In this document: piece after piece, positions 26,582 to 36,457 of the stretch
Layout: every line of letters starts with the position of its first letter
How positions within the stretch are numbered: the first letter of the stretch is position 1
NCBI GenBank assembly: GCA_003130845.1
Contig: QEXW01000025.1
Location: 1,962 to 65,961 of the forward strand
Origin: Anaerolineae bacterium
GTDB lineage: Bacteria; Chloroflexota; Anaerolineae; Anaerolineales; Villigracilaceae
Reading direction: 5' to 3'
DNA length: 64,000 nt
Program-made: the position numbers and the translations under genes
The notes under the pieces: generated by a model
Databases searched by the model: none
The model's input: only the letters and a program-made list of their open reading frames with translations
What the model was told of the DNA's origin: nothing

Positions 26582-28573
26582 TTATGGGGAGCAATTTGCA
26601 TCGAGATTACGGTAAAGCGTGCTTTCCGGTAGTGTTAGCAAGGGTTCGAGACGCAGGTTAATTTCCTGCGAGAGCTCGCGCATGTCTTTTTCCACCAGCC
26701 AAAGGTATTTGGAGCGTATTCGCGTATCGGGCAGTGGATACGAAAGAACATACGAGACGCCGATGCCCGGGGGCAGGGCTGTTAGGCGGCTATCATACGA
26801 GCGCAATGTCACCAGCACAGTGTTACACCAGGGGTTTGTGGTCTGTGCATCGTACATAACGTGGTCCGACAGCGCCGCTTGCCAGACAGCCAGTTCGGGT
26901 GGGTGGTTGGTGAAATTTGTTTTTGCACTTTGCCAATCTCCTTGGCCGGTCAGGATGACCGGCGCCAGCAGCAGGCTGAAGAACACCATGCTCCAGATGG
27001 CATCATATTTTTTTTGGGCAACCCGCATCAGCAGACTGGTGAGTAACGGCGCAAAAAAGACGCGATAGAAGCCGTTCACCAGGTACAAAGTTAGCCCGGC
27101 CATGAATAAAGTCAATACATTGTAATTATCAAAAGCAGCTTGTGATTTTGCCAATTCATCAAGCGACTTACGCTGCCGAAGCAACCAGACGGTTTCTTTT
27201 AGGCTGTGCGCAAGCAGCAGGGCCATCAAAAATAGGATGGCTATGCCGGGAATCATTGTCTGTTTAAAGACCATTTTTTTGATTTGCGCCAGGATTTGCA
27301 TCTTCAACCCGGCCAGCACTCCGTCTTCACTGCTCAGGGCAGCGAAAATGGAATTGTTGACAGGCGGTACGAGAAGACTGGTTAGATAGAGAATAATAGC
27401 CGCCAGGAGCGCGCTTATCAGTATGCTGCCCGCTTTGCGCCACCATACATTCCCGTGCAACAGGTAGAAGAAAAGCGGCAGGAAGAGAATAACCCATGAA
27501 AGGCGCAACATCCCCGCCCCAAAGGCAAACAGTGCGATGGCAACCGCACTGGCCAGTGGAACTCGTTCGGCTTGCCGTAAATACAGAAAAATACCCGCAA
27601 ACACCATGCCAATCGCCTGGTTAAGCGATTCGTGCGAGGTGGTAGCGGAAAAAATCATAACCGGCCAGGCAACCGCCATCAAGAGCGCTAATGCTAGGTT
27701 TTGGGGGGTATCCAACTGTGCCCAGCGCGAGAAGCCATACACAGAGACAAAAATCAGCCCGAAGTTAACCAGCAACGGTAAATGCGGCGCCCACCCCAGC
27801 AGTTTGCCAAACCAGCCATACACGTAAATATAGAGTGGCGAACCTTCGCCAAAGTGATTGAACCCAGCCGGTGGCATCAACTCATTCGGGAAGTTGTAGC
27901 CTCCACCCAAACCGTAGAAACTGAATTGCCGAATCCACAACCAGTAACCGGTGGCATCGTTCCAGTTGATGGGCAGGTAATCTGAGAGACGGGCGCCCCA
28001 CACCCCATAAATGACGAACAATACCAACCCGATGGGTAACAGGGCAGGCAGCAGCGCTGACCATTTCCCATCAATTCTCTCGGCCTGAGCAAGAAAGGCC
28101 TGCCATTTCTGCTGAAACCAGCGCGTAGGAAACGGGTTTTGCATAGGCTGCGCTAACCATAGAACAATAAAGAATGGTATCGCCAGCAAGAGCGGGCCCC
28201 CGCCACGAAGCGAAAATAAGGCCGTCAGATTCAATCTCAGGTTTTGGTTTTCAAGATACAGCACCGGTAGGCGCAGGTAATATTCCAATAGGCCATAGAT
28301 TCCCAGCCACATTAGGAACCAACGGCTTTTTACGGCCAGGTAATAGATTGCACGCACTGCAAAATGCTCTGGAAAGAAAAAAAACGCAACGCTTAAGCCA
28401 GCGCTGAATAGCATAGACGCCAGAAGTAGGGCGGTGACACTCTCTGGGGTCAATCCAAAATAGGTGCGCGCTGGCCGAAGAATAATCACTATCCAGGCGA
28501 CCGTACTCACCCCAAATAACCAGATTGGAAACAACCGAAAACCCCAAGAGATTTCCGAACGTTGGGTAAACAC
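26582..28573 (-). CDS. large polytopic membrane protein, possible GT-C type glycosyltransferase
   Basis: 663 aa with more than 12 hydrophobic helices. GTG start with AGGGA upstream. First gene of the glycosylation operon. Family not recognised from sequence alone. Confidence 0.45.
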   Translation of the reverse strand: MFTQRSEISWGFRLFPIWLFGVSTVAWIVIILRPARTYFGLTPESVTALLLASMLFSAGLSVAFFFFPEHFAVRAIYYLAVKSRWFLMWLGIYGLLEYYLRLPVLYLENQNLRLNLTALFSLRGGGPLLLAIPFFIVLWLAQPMQNPFPTRWFQQKWQAFLAQAERIDGKWSALLPALLPIGLVLFVIYGVWGARLSDYLPINWNDATGYWLWIRQFSFYGLGGGYNFPNELMPPAGFNHFGEGSPLYIYVYGWFGKLLGWAPHLPLLVNFGLIFVSVYGFSRWAQLDTPQNLALALLMAVAWPVMIFSATTSHESLNQAIGMVFAGIFLYLRQAERVPLASAVAIALFAFGAGMLRLSWVILFLPLFFYLLHGNVWWRKAGSILISALLAAIILYLTSLLVPPVNNSIFAALSSEDGVLAGLKMQILAQIKKMVFKQTMIPGIAILFLMALLLAHSLKETVWLLRQRKSLDELAKSQAAFDNYNVLTLFMAGLTLYLVNGFYRVFFAPLLTSLLMRVAQKKYDAIWSMVFFSLLLAPVILTGQGDWQSAKTNFTNHPPELAVWQAALSDHVMYDAQTTNPWCNTVLVTLRSYDSRLTALPPGIGVSYVLSYPLPDTRIRSKYLWLVEKDMRELSQEINLRLEPLLTLPESTLYRNLDANCSP

Positions 28574-28705
28574 AATCGAATCCCTGATGAGAAAATTGAA
28601 CCTGTTTTGGGGTGGCGCACGACGTTGCGCGTGTTTTTACCAAAAACCGGCTGTATATTTTACTTTACTTCTGCAAGACAGCAGCAATTTTCCATCCCAT
28701 GATTC

Positions 28706-29359
28706 TTAGCCGGCGGTTGGCGTCCTGGCGCTCAATAAGCGGGTGCGCACCCTCACCAGGCCACGTTTTACTATCCCCAGGCGCAGCAGCAGCAACAAGA
28801 CAACCAAACTTGAAAAAATCAACGGCTGCACAATATCCCCCGAAAGAGTGAGCAAGTTGCCCTTGCGCGCTAAAAAGAAATGAAGAATAACAAGCGGCAC
28901 AATCAGATAAACCAGCCGGTGCAAACGCTTCCAGTTCCGCCCAAGCCGTTTCATCCAATAATTGAACGAAGTAACCGCTAGTGGAACGAGCAAGAGAAAG
29001 GCTGCCGTGCCCAGCAGAATATATTGCTTTGTTCCCACATCGCGCAAGATGGCGTTCAGGTTCAGGCCATAATCTACCGCCACAAAAACGACTACGTGGA
29101 GCGCAGCATATAGAAAACCGTAAACTCCCAGCGCTTTGCGGCGTTGGGCCATCTCTTTCCAACCCAAAAAGGCCAGGGGTGTGCAAGCCAGCGAGAGCGT
29201 GAGAAATACCAAGGCAGTGTAGCCGGTGCGTTGCTCGATGGCCTGGATGGGGTTGGCAGTCAAGTTGTCGGTCAGAAAATCATAGAACAACGCAGCCAGC
29301 GGAAACCATCCGCCCAGATGAACCGCTACTTGTAGCCAGGTAAAGTTTGGTTTTTTCAT
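28706..29359 (-). CDS. msrQ: protein-methionine-sulfoxide reductase heme-binding subunit MsrQ (YedZ)
   Basis: Ferric-reductase-like TM protein directly downstream of msrP. Trimmed to ATG 29359 (MKKPNFTWLQVAVHLGG) to remove the overlap with msrP. Confidence 0.8.
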   Translation of the reverse strand: MKKPNFTWLQVAVHLGGWFPLAALFYDFLTDNLTANPIQAIEQRTGYTALVFLTLSLACTPLAFLGWKEMAQRRKALGVYGFLYAALHVVVFVAVDYGLNLNAILRDVGTKQYILLGTAAFLLLVPLAVTSFNYWMKRLGRNWKRLHRLVYLIVPLVILHFFLARKGNLLTLSGDIVQPLIFSSLVVLLLLLRLGIVKRGLVRVRTRLLSARTPTAG

Positions 29360-29375
29360 GCTGGAGCGTGTATTT

Positions 29376-30341
29376 TCAGTAGTAAATGCGTAAATCCATG
29401 CCTTCGTACAGTGCTGCCACTTGCTCCGCATACCCATTAAACATCAGCGTTGGGCGGCGGCTGATTTCGCCGATGCGCCGTTCGGTGGCCTGGCTCCAGC
29501 GCGGATGGTCCACGTTCGGATTGACGTTAGCGTAGAAACCGTATTCGTTCGGCTGAATCGTGTTCCACAGGGTAGGCGGCTGTTCGGCGGTCAGTTCGAT
29601 TTTGACAACGGCTTTGATGGATTTGAAGCCGTATTTCCACGGCACCACCAGCCGAATGCCGCCACCGTTCTGCGGGGGCAGTTCGCCGCCGTACAAGCCG
29701 GTTGCTAGGATGGTCAGGTCGTGCATGGCTTCATCCAGTCGCAAGCCTTCTCGATAGGGCCAAGGATACCAGGGTTCGCGTTGACCGGGCATTTCCTCAG
29801 GCTTATAAATCGAAGTAAAACTCACATACTTGGCATCGGATGTCGGTTCGGCATCCTTGAGCAATTTCCACAACGGAAATCCCACCCAGGGGATAACCAT
29901 ACTCCATGCTTCAACGCATCGCAAACGGTAAATGCGCTCTTCTGGCGGGTATTTTTTAATGAGGTCCTCCACGCCAATTTTGCCGGGATTACGCACCAAC
30001 CCGCCGATTTCTACCTCCCACGGTGAAGTGGGGAAGTTTTGCGCAAGCTTTGCTACACCTTGCTTATCGGTGGTAAATTCATAGTAGTTGTTATAGTTGG
30101 TAATGTCGCGGAACGAGTTGACCGGGTCACCCAATTCATCCGTTTTGGTTGAAATGGAAGGGTCAGCTGCCTCAGATTCAGAAGCAGAACGGTCTTGAAG
30201 TGCATCTGGGGCACAAGCGGCCAAGGCCAGGCTGCCGGCAAAGACGCCGGCTGCTTTAATGAAATCACGCCGTGAAAGATACAGGTGTTTTGGGGTAATT
30301 TCTGAGGGGTGTACCGGTACAGACTTAAGTTTGGGTGGCAT
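29376..30341 (-). CDS. msrP: protein-methionine-sulfoxide reductase catalytic subunit MsrP (YedY), molybdopterin enzyme
   Basis: Tat signal [39 protein letters not shown] and [18 protein letters not shown] are typical of YedY. Confidence 0.85.
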   Translation of the reverse strand: MPPKLKSVPVHPSEITPKHLYLSRRDFIKAAGVFAGSLALAACAPDALQDRSASESEAADPSISTKTDELGDPVNSFRDITNYNNYYEFTTDKQGVAKLAQNFPTSPWEVEIGGLVRNPGKIGVEDLIKKYPPEERIYRLRCVEAWSMVIPWVGFPLWKLLKDAEPTSDAKYVSFTSIYKPEEMPGQREPWYPWPYREGLRLDEAMHDLTILATGLYGGELPPQNGGGIRLVVPWKYGFKSIKAVVKIELTAEQPPTLWNTIQPNEYGFYANVNPNVDHPRWSQATERRIGEISRRPTLMFNGYAEQVAALYEGMDLRIYY

Positions 30342-30536
30342 AGGCTTTCTCCTGAACTTGCCTAAAAGAATACCAAATCAGTCTAAAATTGGCATTAGAG
30401 TTCAAGCGAAAGTTCAACGTTCAGGCAAATAAATTCCTGTAAGATTGTACAATCTGGCAGGATGGAGTGGTTTGCGTATTTTTACAAGGGCTGATATGAT
30501 ACAAGGTGATTCGAAGCACGAGGGAGACCCGCAATT

Positions 30537-30941
30537 GTGACCTTACGCACTGGCATTGACATTTGCGAAATCGCGCGCCTGCGCCAGGCCATTGAAAGGC
30601 AGGGAGAACGTCTGTTGGCGCGTGTTTTCACCCCTACCGAACGCCAGCAGTGTGGAAACAATTATGCTTCTTTAGCGGCGCGCTTTGCGGCCAAAGAAGC
30701 CGTCGGTAAAGCGCTGGGGACTGGCTTAGGGCCGGTGGCCTTTACAGAGATAGAAATCTTGCGTGGGGAAAATCATGAGCCTTTGTTGCGTCTGCATGGC
30801 AAGGCTCTGCAACGCGCTCATGCGCTGAATTTAGACGAATGGGCGATTAGCCTGAGTCACACGCAGGAATACGCCTTGGCTTCGGTGGTAGGGTTGGGGC
30901 GAGAAAAAACAACCAAAAAGAGGAAAAGGAAAGACGAATGA
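30537..30941 (+). CDS. acpS: holo-[acyl-carrier-protein] synthase
   Basis: GIDICEIARL...FTPTERQ...ASLAARFAAKEAVGKALGTG...EI. GTG start with GGGAGA upstream. Confidence 0.85.
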   Translation: MTLRTGIDICEIARLRQAIERQGERLLARVFTPTERQQCGNNYASLAARFAAKEAVGKALGTGLGPVAFTEIEILRGENHEPLLRLHGKALQRAHALNLDEWAISLSHTQEYALASVVGLGREKTTKKRKRKDE

Positions 30942-32197
30942 CCAACGATTCGGCCCAGGTGGCCGTTTTTATTGATTACGACAACATCGAAATCAGCGTG
31001 GCAGATACCCTCGGCAAAGATGCCGAAGTCGAGTGGGATAAGGTGCTGGAAACCGCTAGCCGAATTGGGCGAACGGTCTTGCGGCGGGCGTATGCCGATT
31101 GGTCGGAACAGCGCAGCGTTCAGCGCGATTTACTGGGGCTAGGGATTGAATTGGTGCATGTCTCCAGCAAACGAGGCAAGAATGCTGCCGATATTCGCAT
31201 TGTGATTGACGCGTTGGAGATGGTCTATAACCCCAATAGCCGCATCACGCACGTTTTGCTGGTTTCTGGTGATGGCGATTTTACCGAGTTGGTTCATCGC
31301 TTGCGCGAACAAGGCAAGATTGTGATTGGCATTGGCATGAGCGGCACCAGTGCAGAGTATCTGGTCAATGCCTGTGATGAATTTATCTTTTACGATAAAT
31401 TGATTGCTGCTCCGGCGGCTCCGCCTAAACCCAAAAAAAACTCACCGCACGAGACGCCCGCGCCTTCCTTTGACATCACCGAAGCCCGGTTGTTGCTGCG
31501 CCGTGTGCTGGAAGGCTGGGAAGGTGAGTGGATGCCCGCTTCCGAGTTAAAAAAAGCCATGCTCCGGCTCAATCCTTCGTTTCATGAGCGTAATTACGAT
31601 TTTTCTAGTTTCAAAGAATTTCTCCAGGCCCAACAGGAGATGATTAACCTGCGCACCAGTGGCGACCAGTTGGAGGCGCAACTGATTCCCGAAGCACCCC
31701 CCTCGCCTGAAACGATTCTGGAGAACTACTTGCACATCTTGGCCGCGCAGAAGATTCGCATGACCCCCAACGAATACCGTCCGGCCATCATCTTCAAATT
31801 TTATGAATTTGGTAAATCTGGCGCATTGACCTTAACGCAATTGAAAGACCGCGTTCATGCTCATTTCGAGGAAAACGCCCCACACGTCACCGGTCAATAC
31901 ATCACCGAAACTACGCATCAATTGTTTCACACCTATTGTTTCACCTTTGAAAAAGAACCGAATGGTTTCCCATTGGATGTCAAGCTGTGGGACCGGCGCG
32001 TCTCTTTTGTTCCTGAAATCAATCGCGCCACCGAATTGCTCGACCGTTGTGACCGAGGCATTTTACAAAAAATCGGCAAGGCGCTTGGCTCGCTCGATAA
32101 AATTGACAAAGTCGTAGCCGCACGTTTGCTGTATGGCAGTTTTCGGGGCGAACGAATGTTGGACCACGTTAATCAATTGCTTTCTTCCCTTAAGTAG
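30938..32197 (+). CDS. NYN (LabA-like) nuclease domain protein with OST-HTH/LOTUS domain
   Basis: VAVFIDYDNIEISV...RAYADW...KNAADIRIVIDA...LVSGDGDFTELV (NYN), followed by a LOTUS-like helical region. The start overlaps the acpS stop (ATGA). Confidence 0.75.
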   Translation: MTNDSAQVAVFIDYDNIEISVADTLGKDAEVEWDKVLETASRIGRTVLRRAYADWSEQRSVQRDLLGLGIELVHVSSKRGKNAADIRIVIDALEMVYNPNSRITHVLLVSGDGDFTELVHRLREQGKIVIGIGMSGTSAEYLVNACDEFIFYDKLIAAPAAPPKPKKNSPHETPAPSFDITEARLLLRRVLEGWEGEWMPASELKKAMLRLNPSFHERNYDFSSFKEFLQAQQEMINLRTSGDQLEAQLIPEAPPSPETILENYLHILAAQKIRMTPNEYRPAIIFKFYEFGKSGALTLTQLKDRVHAHFEENAPHVTGQYITETTHQLFHTYCFTFEKEPNGFPLDVKLWDRRVSFVPEINRATELLDRCDRGILQKIGKALGSLDKIDKVVAARLLYGSFRGERMLDHVNQLLSSLK

Positions 32198-32245
32198 CCT
32201 GCTTTTCGATATAATCTTTTATATCAACTCAGGAAGGAGAATGCT

Positions 32246-32644
32246 ATGCCTGGCTATGTTCGTGACTGGATGCAAAGCCCTGTGGTAGTGATAGACCCCG
32301 ATTCAAGCGTTTCCTATGCCATGACTCTGATGCGTCGGCGGCGTATTCATAGCCTGGTGGTAGATTTGAGCAGCGAAAGAGGCGGCTATGGCATTGTCAC
32401 CACCACCGACATCAGCAGCAAAATTGTCGCCGCCGACGCCAACCCCACCGAACTGAAAGTGCGTGATATTATGAGCGCCCCGGTCATTACCGGCAAACCC
32501 GACTGGACCTTGCGCGAAGCCTCGCAACTCATGCAAAAGCATCGCTTCCATCACTTACCCATCGAAGAGGATGGTATCCTGGTGGGAATTATCTCCGATA
32601 CCGATATTTTCATGGCCGTAGAAGAAATTGGCTGGAAACGCTAA
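32246..32644 (+). CDS. CBS domain pair protein
   Basis: 132 aa. VRDWMQSPVVVIDPDSSVSYAMTLMRRRRIHSLVV and VRDIMSAPVITGKPDWTLREASQLMQKHRFHHLPI. Confidence 0.85.
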   Translation: MPGYVRDWMQSPVVVIDPDSSVSYAMTLMRRRRIHSLVVDLSSERGGYGIVTTTDISSKIVAADANPTELKVRDIMSAPVITGKPDWTLREASQLMQKHRFHHLPIEEDGILVGIISDTDIFMAVEEIGWKR

Positions 32645-32666
32645 CTTTTCGTTAGGAGAGAATGTT

Positions 32667-35225
32667 ATGAAACAACGTCTGTTCCACTTTGCTTCGGTAT
32701 GTCTTGTGCTGGGTTTGCTTTTAGGGGCATGCGCTCCGCTCACACCGGTCGCGCCGCGCATGCCATCACCAACCCCCACTGCTGTCCCACTACATACTCC
32801 CACCCCTGTCACCACCCCTACGCCGGCGGCAAATGTGGAACAGCGCGAAGGACTGTACAAAATCACTGGCTCGTTCCAGGTGAGTAACGATTTTGTGATT
32901 GCGGTGTATGCAGTTGAACATGCCGTTATGCTGTACGATATGCATGGCTTCATCACACGGGATGAAAAGTGGGAATTGCCGGTGCAATCGCAGGTTTTGG
33001 GCTTTGTGCAAATTGATTTGGACCTGCCGGGTGGGTCGTATGCGTTGTATTTGCCTGCCAAGCCGCAAGGAACGCAGAATGATGTAGATAATGACAGTCA
33101 ACAAGAGCCTGGTTTGCAAGTCTTTGCCACTGTGTATTCACCCAATATCTATGGTGGGCCATTTGCTGAAGGCGATGACCGCTCACGAGGCTGGCCAGCC
33201 TACCTGGCTTCTGTGCGCACCGACCCGGAAAATAACGATGAGGTGATTGGTGGAAAACTGATTGTCTGGGCGCCCGATGCTGCACAATCCTTTCCAACCG
33301 ATTTTGGTCCTGATGGCCTCTTGTTTACTGCCGATGACCCGGTTGGGCCGGTGCCGGCAGGGTATTCCGTTGTAGATTTGGATACCCGTCCCTTCACCGT
33401 TTCGCAACCTGCCGAAGCCGACCTGACGCTCTACGAGCCACCTGATAGCGCTGTTAAAGACTTTTCTGCGCTTTCATACACTGAATCTTTCGATAAATTG
33501 TTCGAGTTTGCACGCACCAACTACGCCTTTAATGGCATTGAAGGCAAACAACCCAATTGGGATGCGCTTTACGCGGAACTCAAACCGCGTGTCGAAGAGG
33601 CCCAAAAATCGAAAGATGCGACAGCCTTTTACTTTGCCATTCGCGATTTTACCTGGGCGTTCAAAGATGGACATGTCGGCATGGGGGGCGGCCCTGGCGA
33701 CCAGGCCTATAGCCAAGCCTTTCAGCAAGCCACTGCCGGTGGCTATGGCTTTGCCATTCGCGAATTGGATGATGGGCGTGTGTTGGTTATCTACCTGACC
33801 GAAGACGGCCCAGCGCAAAAAGCAGGTATTCAACGGGGCGCAGAAATCCTTGAGTTCAATGGAAAACCCATCCGCCAAGCCATTGGCGAAGTGGTTCCCT
33901 GGACCTTGCCTCACTCGATGGATTCCGACTTGCGCTATCAACAACAGCGTTACCTGTTGCGTGCCCCCCTTGATACGGAAGCCACTGTGACCTTTGTCAA
34001 TCCCGGCGGCAAACCCAAAACCGTCACGCTCAAGGCGGTCAATGAACGCGCCTCCTTCAGCCGCACCTCGCGCTTTTTTAACGTCGAATCTGACTATCTC
34101 CTACCGGTTGACTTTTCACTGATTGAACGCGATGGTGCTGAAATTGGTTATATCCGCATCAATGCGAACTATGACGACCTAAACTTGCTCATTCGTCTTT
34201 TTGAGCGTGCCCTCAAACAATTCCAAGAGCGCGAAGTGGCCGGTGTTATTTTTGATATGCGTTATAACGCCGGTGGTGCGCCGCTTGGGCTGGCCGGGTT
34301 TTTGACCGATAAAGTCATCCCAACCGGACAAGATGAGTACTTTAGCGAAAAAACGGGTCAATTTGAACCCGAAGGCTTGCCTGGCGAAATTCTACCCAAC
34401 CAGAATCAATACCGCTTTGACAAAATGGTGCTGCTCGTGGCCCCAACCTGCACCAGCGCCTGTGAATACGAATCCTACGGGTTTAGCCAAGTTCCGGGCA
34501 TGATTGTGGTTGGCTTTGAACCAACCGGTGGTGTGTTCGCTGAAGTTTCGCGCGGGCAGGTGAAACTTCCTGAAGGAATCTCGCTGCAACTGCCAACCGG
34601 GCGCACCCGCCTGGCGGATGGGTCGGTCTTTTTGGAGGGTAAAGGTGTTCCGCCTACGCTGCGCGTTCCCGTAGATGAAAGCACCGTTTATCGCGAAGAT
34701 GACGTTGTTTTGGACTATGGCATCCGCGCCATTTTACAGCCGTTGGGTGCGGGCATCACACCCTCTGCCCCGCCCAAAGTGGGTGATGCGGCACGAGTCG
34801 AACAGGCTCTCAGCCGTAACCCCAAACAGTTAGAAGAACTGGCGCGCGAGTCGTACAATGAAAAAGATTTGGCACAAGTTAACCGCACCTTCCCCTATAC
34901 GATTGTTTTGAATAAATCACAAGATTTGTTTTGGGCCTGGGGGTGGTGTGCAAAAGATGCCGCTACGCTCACCCAGAACCTTAATAAAATCAAGCTTACT
35001 TTCTTGCTTGAAGGCAAAGAAATCCCGCTTGAGCAGTTCCAGCGTTTGAATTATGAATCAGGTGGCCAGCAGTGTGCAGTCTATCTCACCGTTTTATATG
35101 ATTGGCCTGGCGGTGAGCATCATCTTACGACCAAGGTAACCTTCACAGCGCCCGTGAACGATGGGGTGTTGAATTACCCGCGTGGTGAGCAAATTTTTGA
35201 GTACACCGTTTACGTAAAGCCCTAG
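32667..35225 (+). CDS. S41 family (tail-specific/C-terminal processing type) peptidase lipoprotein with PDZ domain
   Basis: Lipobox LLLGAC, a P/T linker, PDZ-like DGPAQKAGIQRGAEILEFNGKPI, and S41 core GYIRINA...VIFDMRYNAGGAPLGLAGF. Confidence 0.75.
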   Translation: MKQRLFHFASVCLVLGLLLGACAPLTPVAPRMPSPTPTAVPLHTPTPVTTPTPAANVEQREGLYKITGSFQVSNDFVIAVYAVEHAVMLYDMHGFITRDEKWELPVQSQVLGFVQIDLDLPGGSYALYLPAKPQGTQNDVDNDSQQEPGLQVFATVYSPNIYGGPFAEGDDRSRGWPAYLASVRTDPENNDEVIGGKLIVWAPDAAQSFPTDFGPDGLLFTADDPVGPVPAGYSVVDLDTRPFTVSQPAEADLTLYEPPDSAVKDFSALSYTESFDKLFEFARTNYAFNGIEGKQPNWDALYAELKPRVEEAQKSKDATAFYFAIRDFTWAFKDGHVGMGGGPGDQAYSQAFQQATAGGYGFAIRELDDGRVLVIYLTEDGPAQKAGIQRGAEILEFNGKPIRQAIGEVVPWTLPHSMDSDLRYQQQRYLLRAPLDTEATVTFVNPGGKPKTVTLKAVNERASFSRTSRFFNVESDYLLPVDFSLIERDGAEIGYIRINANYDDLNLLIRLFERALKQFQEREVAGVIFDMRYNAGGAPLGLAGFLTDKVIPTGQDEYFSEKTGQFEPEGLPGEILPNQNQYRFDKMVLLVAPTCTSACEYESYGFSQVPGMIVVGFEPTGGVFAEVSRGQVKLPEGISLQLPTGRTRLADGSVFLEGKGVPPTLRVPVDESTVYREDDVVLDYGIRAILQPLGAGITPSAPPKVGDAARVEQALSRNPKQLEELARESYNEKDLAQVNRTFPYTIVLNKSQDLFWAWGWCAKDAATLTQNLNKIKLTFLLEGKEIPLEQFQRLNYESGGQQCAVYLTVLYDWPGGEHHLTTKVTFTAPVNDGVLNYPRGEQIFEYTVYVKP

Positions 35226-35249
35226 TGAGTTTTTGGCAAAAGCGAATTC

Positions 35250-35294
35250 GTCCCGCAAGGTTTTGCTGTTTTGGTAAACCTGCGGGACGTTTTT
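35250..35294 (+). terminator. rho-independent terminator after the S41 peptidase gene
   Basis: GTCCCGCAAGG-loop-CCTGCGGGAC followed by GTTTTT. Confidence 0.7.
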
Positions 35295-35309
35295 CTCAAG
35301 AGAGCAGCC

Positions 35310-36446
35310 ATGAAAAAACTATCTATCTTGTGGTTGGTTATCTTCCTGATGATGCCGGCCTGCAACTTGTTGGCAAACACCCCGGCACCCATCCCTACCC
35401 TCCCCTTTCCGACCCTGGCCCCTACGGTGACACCCTTGCCGATAGTGCTGCCAGACACTCCAACTCCGCAAATTCTTACTGCCACGCCGATTACACCCTC
35501 CCCAACCCCGGCTCATGTTTCTTTGAAGAAGCGCGCCCGTTGGACTCATCCAATGGCTTATGAAGCGCTGTGGAATCTCAAGTTTGGACGTTTTGTGATT
35601 GTTGGACAACAACAATTGACCTCGTACTTGGTAGCCGAGGTCAAAAAAGACTGGTCCGTGACGCCCGAAACCAGCCAAGGGGTCTTTCAGGCCGCCAGCC
35701 TAAGCAGCAATGGCAATTTTATCGTCACCTTTGACCTTGGCCCAGCAGTGCATCTCTACGATACCAAAACGGGTGAACTGTTAGAGAAGAAGCGTGTCCT
35801 GTCGGAATGTGGCAATACGTCCCTACGCCAAAGTGTGTACTTGAGCAACGGCATGAAGGAGTTATTCACCGCCGCGCAAGACCATCCCCTAACAGCCCCA
35901 ATAGAAATCCGCAAATGGGGGATTGCCCCCTATCGTTGTGATTGGATTGCCTCGATACAATCAGGTGCCTTCAACACCTTGCTACTCAGTCCGGATGAAC
36001 GCTTTTTGGTGCTGGTTTCTGCGGTAGGGAAGACAGGACAGGTTATGGTCTGGAACACCAGTGATGGCAGGTCGCTCTGTACCATACCTGGGACAGCAGC
36101 CGCCTTTCATCGTGATGGCCGGCTGGCAGTTGCCGATATGCAGCGAGGTTCGTTAGTCTATTGGAAGATGGAGGGTTGCCGGATTTTGTCAGAATTGCCC
36201 TGGGCAAGTTATGATGGCCCCCAAACGATGACTTTTACGCCCAACGGAAAGTACCTGCTGACTTTTCGCCAGGGAATTCAGATTTGGGACCCCACGACAG
36301 CCGGCCTTCTGTGGGAGCGTAGTATCCCCGAGGCTGATTCTGGGGGCTTGCTGCGCGTCAGTCCCGATGGGAAATATCTGCTTTCTATCACCAATCCCGG
36401 CACATGGAATGCGCAAATTGATTTTTGGTCTATTGAAACAAAATAA
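35310..36446 (+). CDS. lipoprotein with WD40-like beta-propeller repeats
   Basis: Lipobox LMMPAC, a P/T linker, and repeated SPD(E/G)(R/K)(F/Y)L...W segments. The track start at 35271 lies inside the upstream terminator. Confidence 0.6.
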   Translation: MKKLSILWLVIFLMMPACNLLANTPAPIPTLPFPTLAPTVTPLPIVLPDTPTPQILTATPITPSPTPAHVSLKKRARWTHPMAYEALWNLKFGRFVIVGQQQLTSYLVAEVKKDWSVTPETSQGVFQAASLSSNGNFIVTFDLGPAVHLYDTKTGELLEKKRVLSECGNTSLRQSVYLSNGMKELFTAAQDHPLTAPIEIRKWGIAPYRCDWIASIQSGAFNTLLLSPDERFLVLVSAVGKTGQVMVWNTSDGRSLCTIPGTAAAFHRDGRLAVADMQRGSLVYWKMEGCRILSELPWASYDGPQTMTFTPNGKYLLTFRQGIQIWDPTTAGLLWERSIPEADSGGLLRVSPDGKYLLSITNPGTWNAQIDFWSIETK

Positions 36447-36457
36447 ATCAGGTTGAA

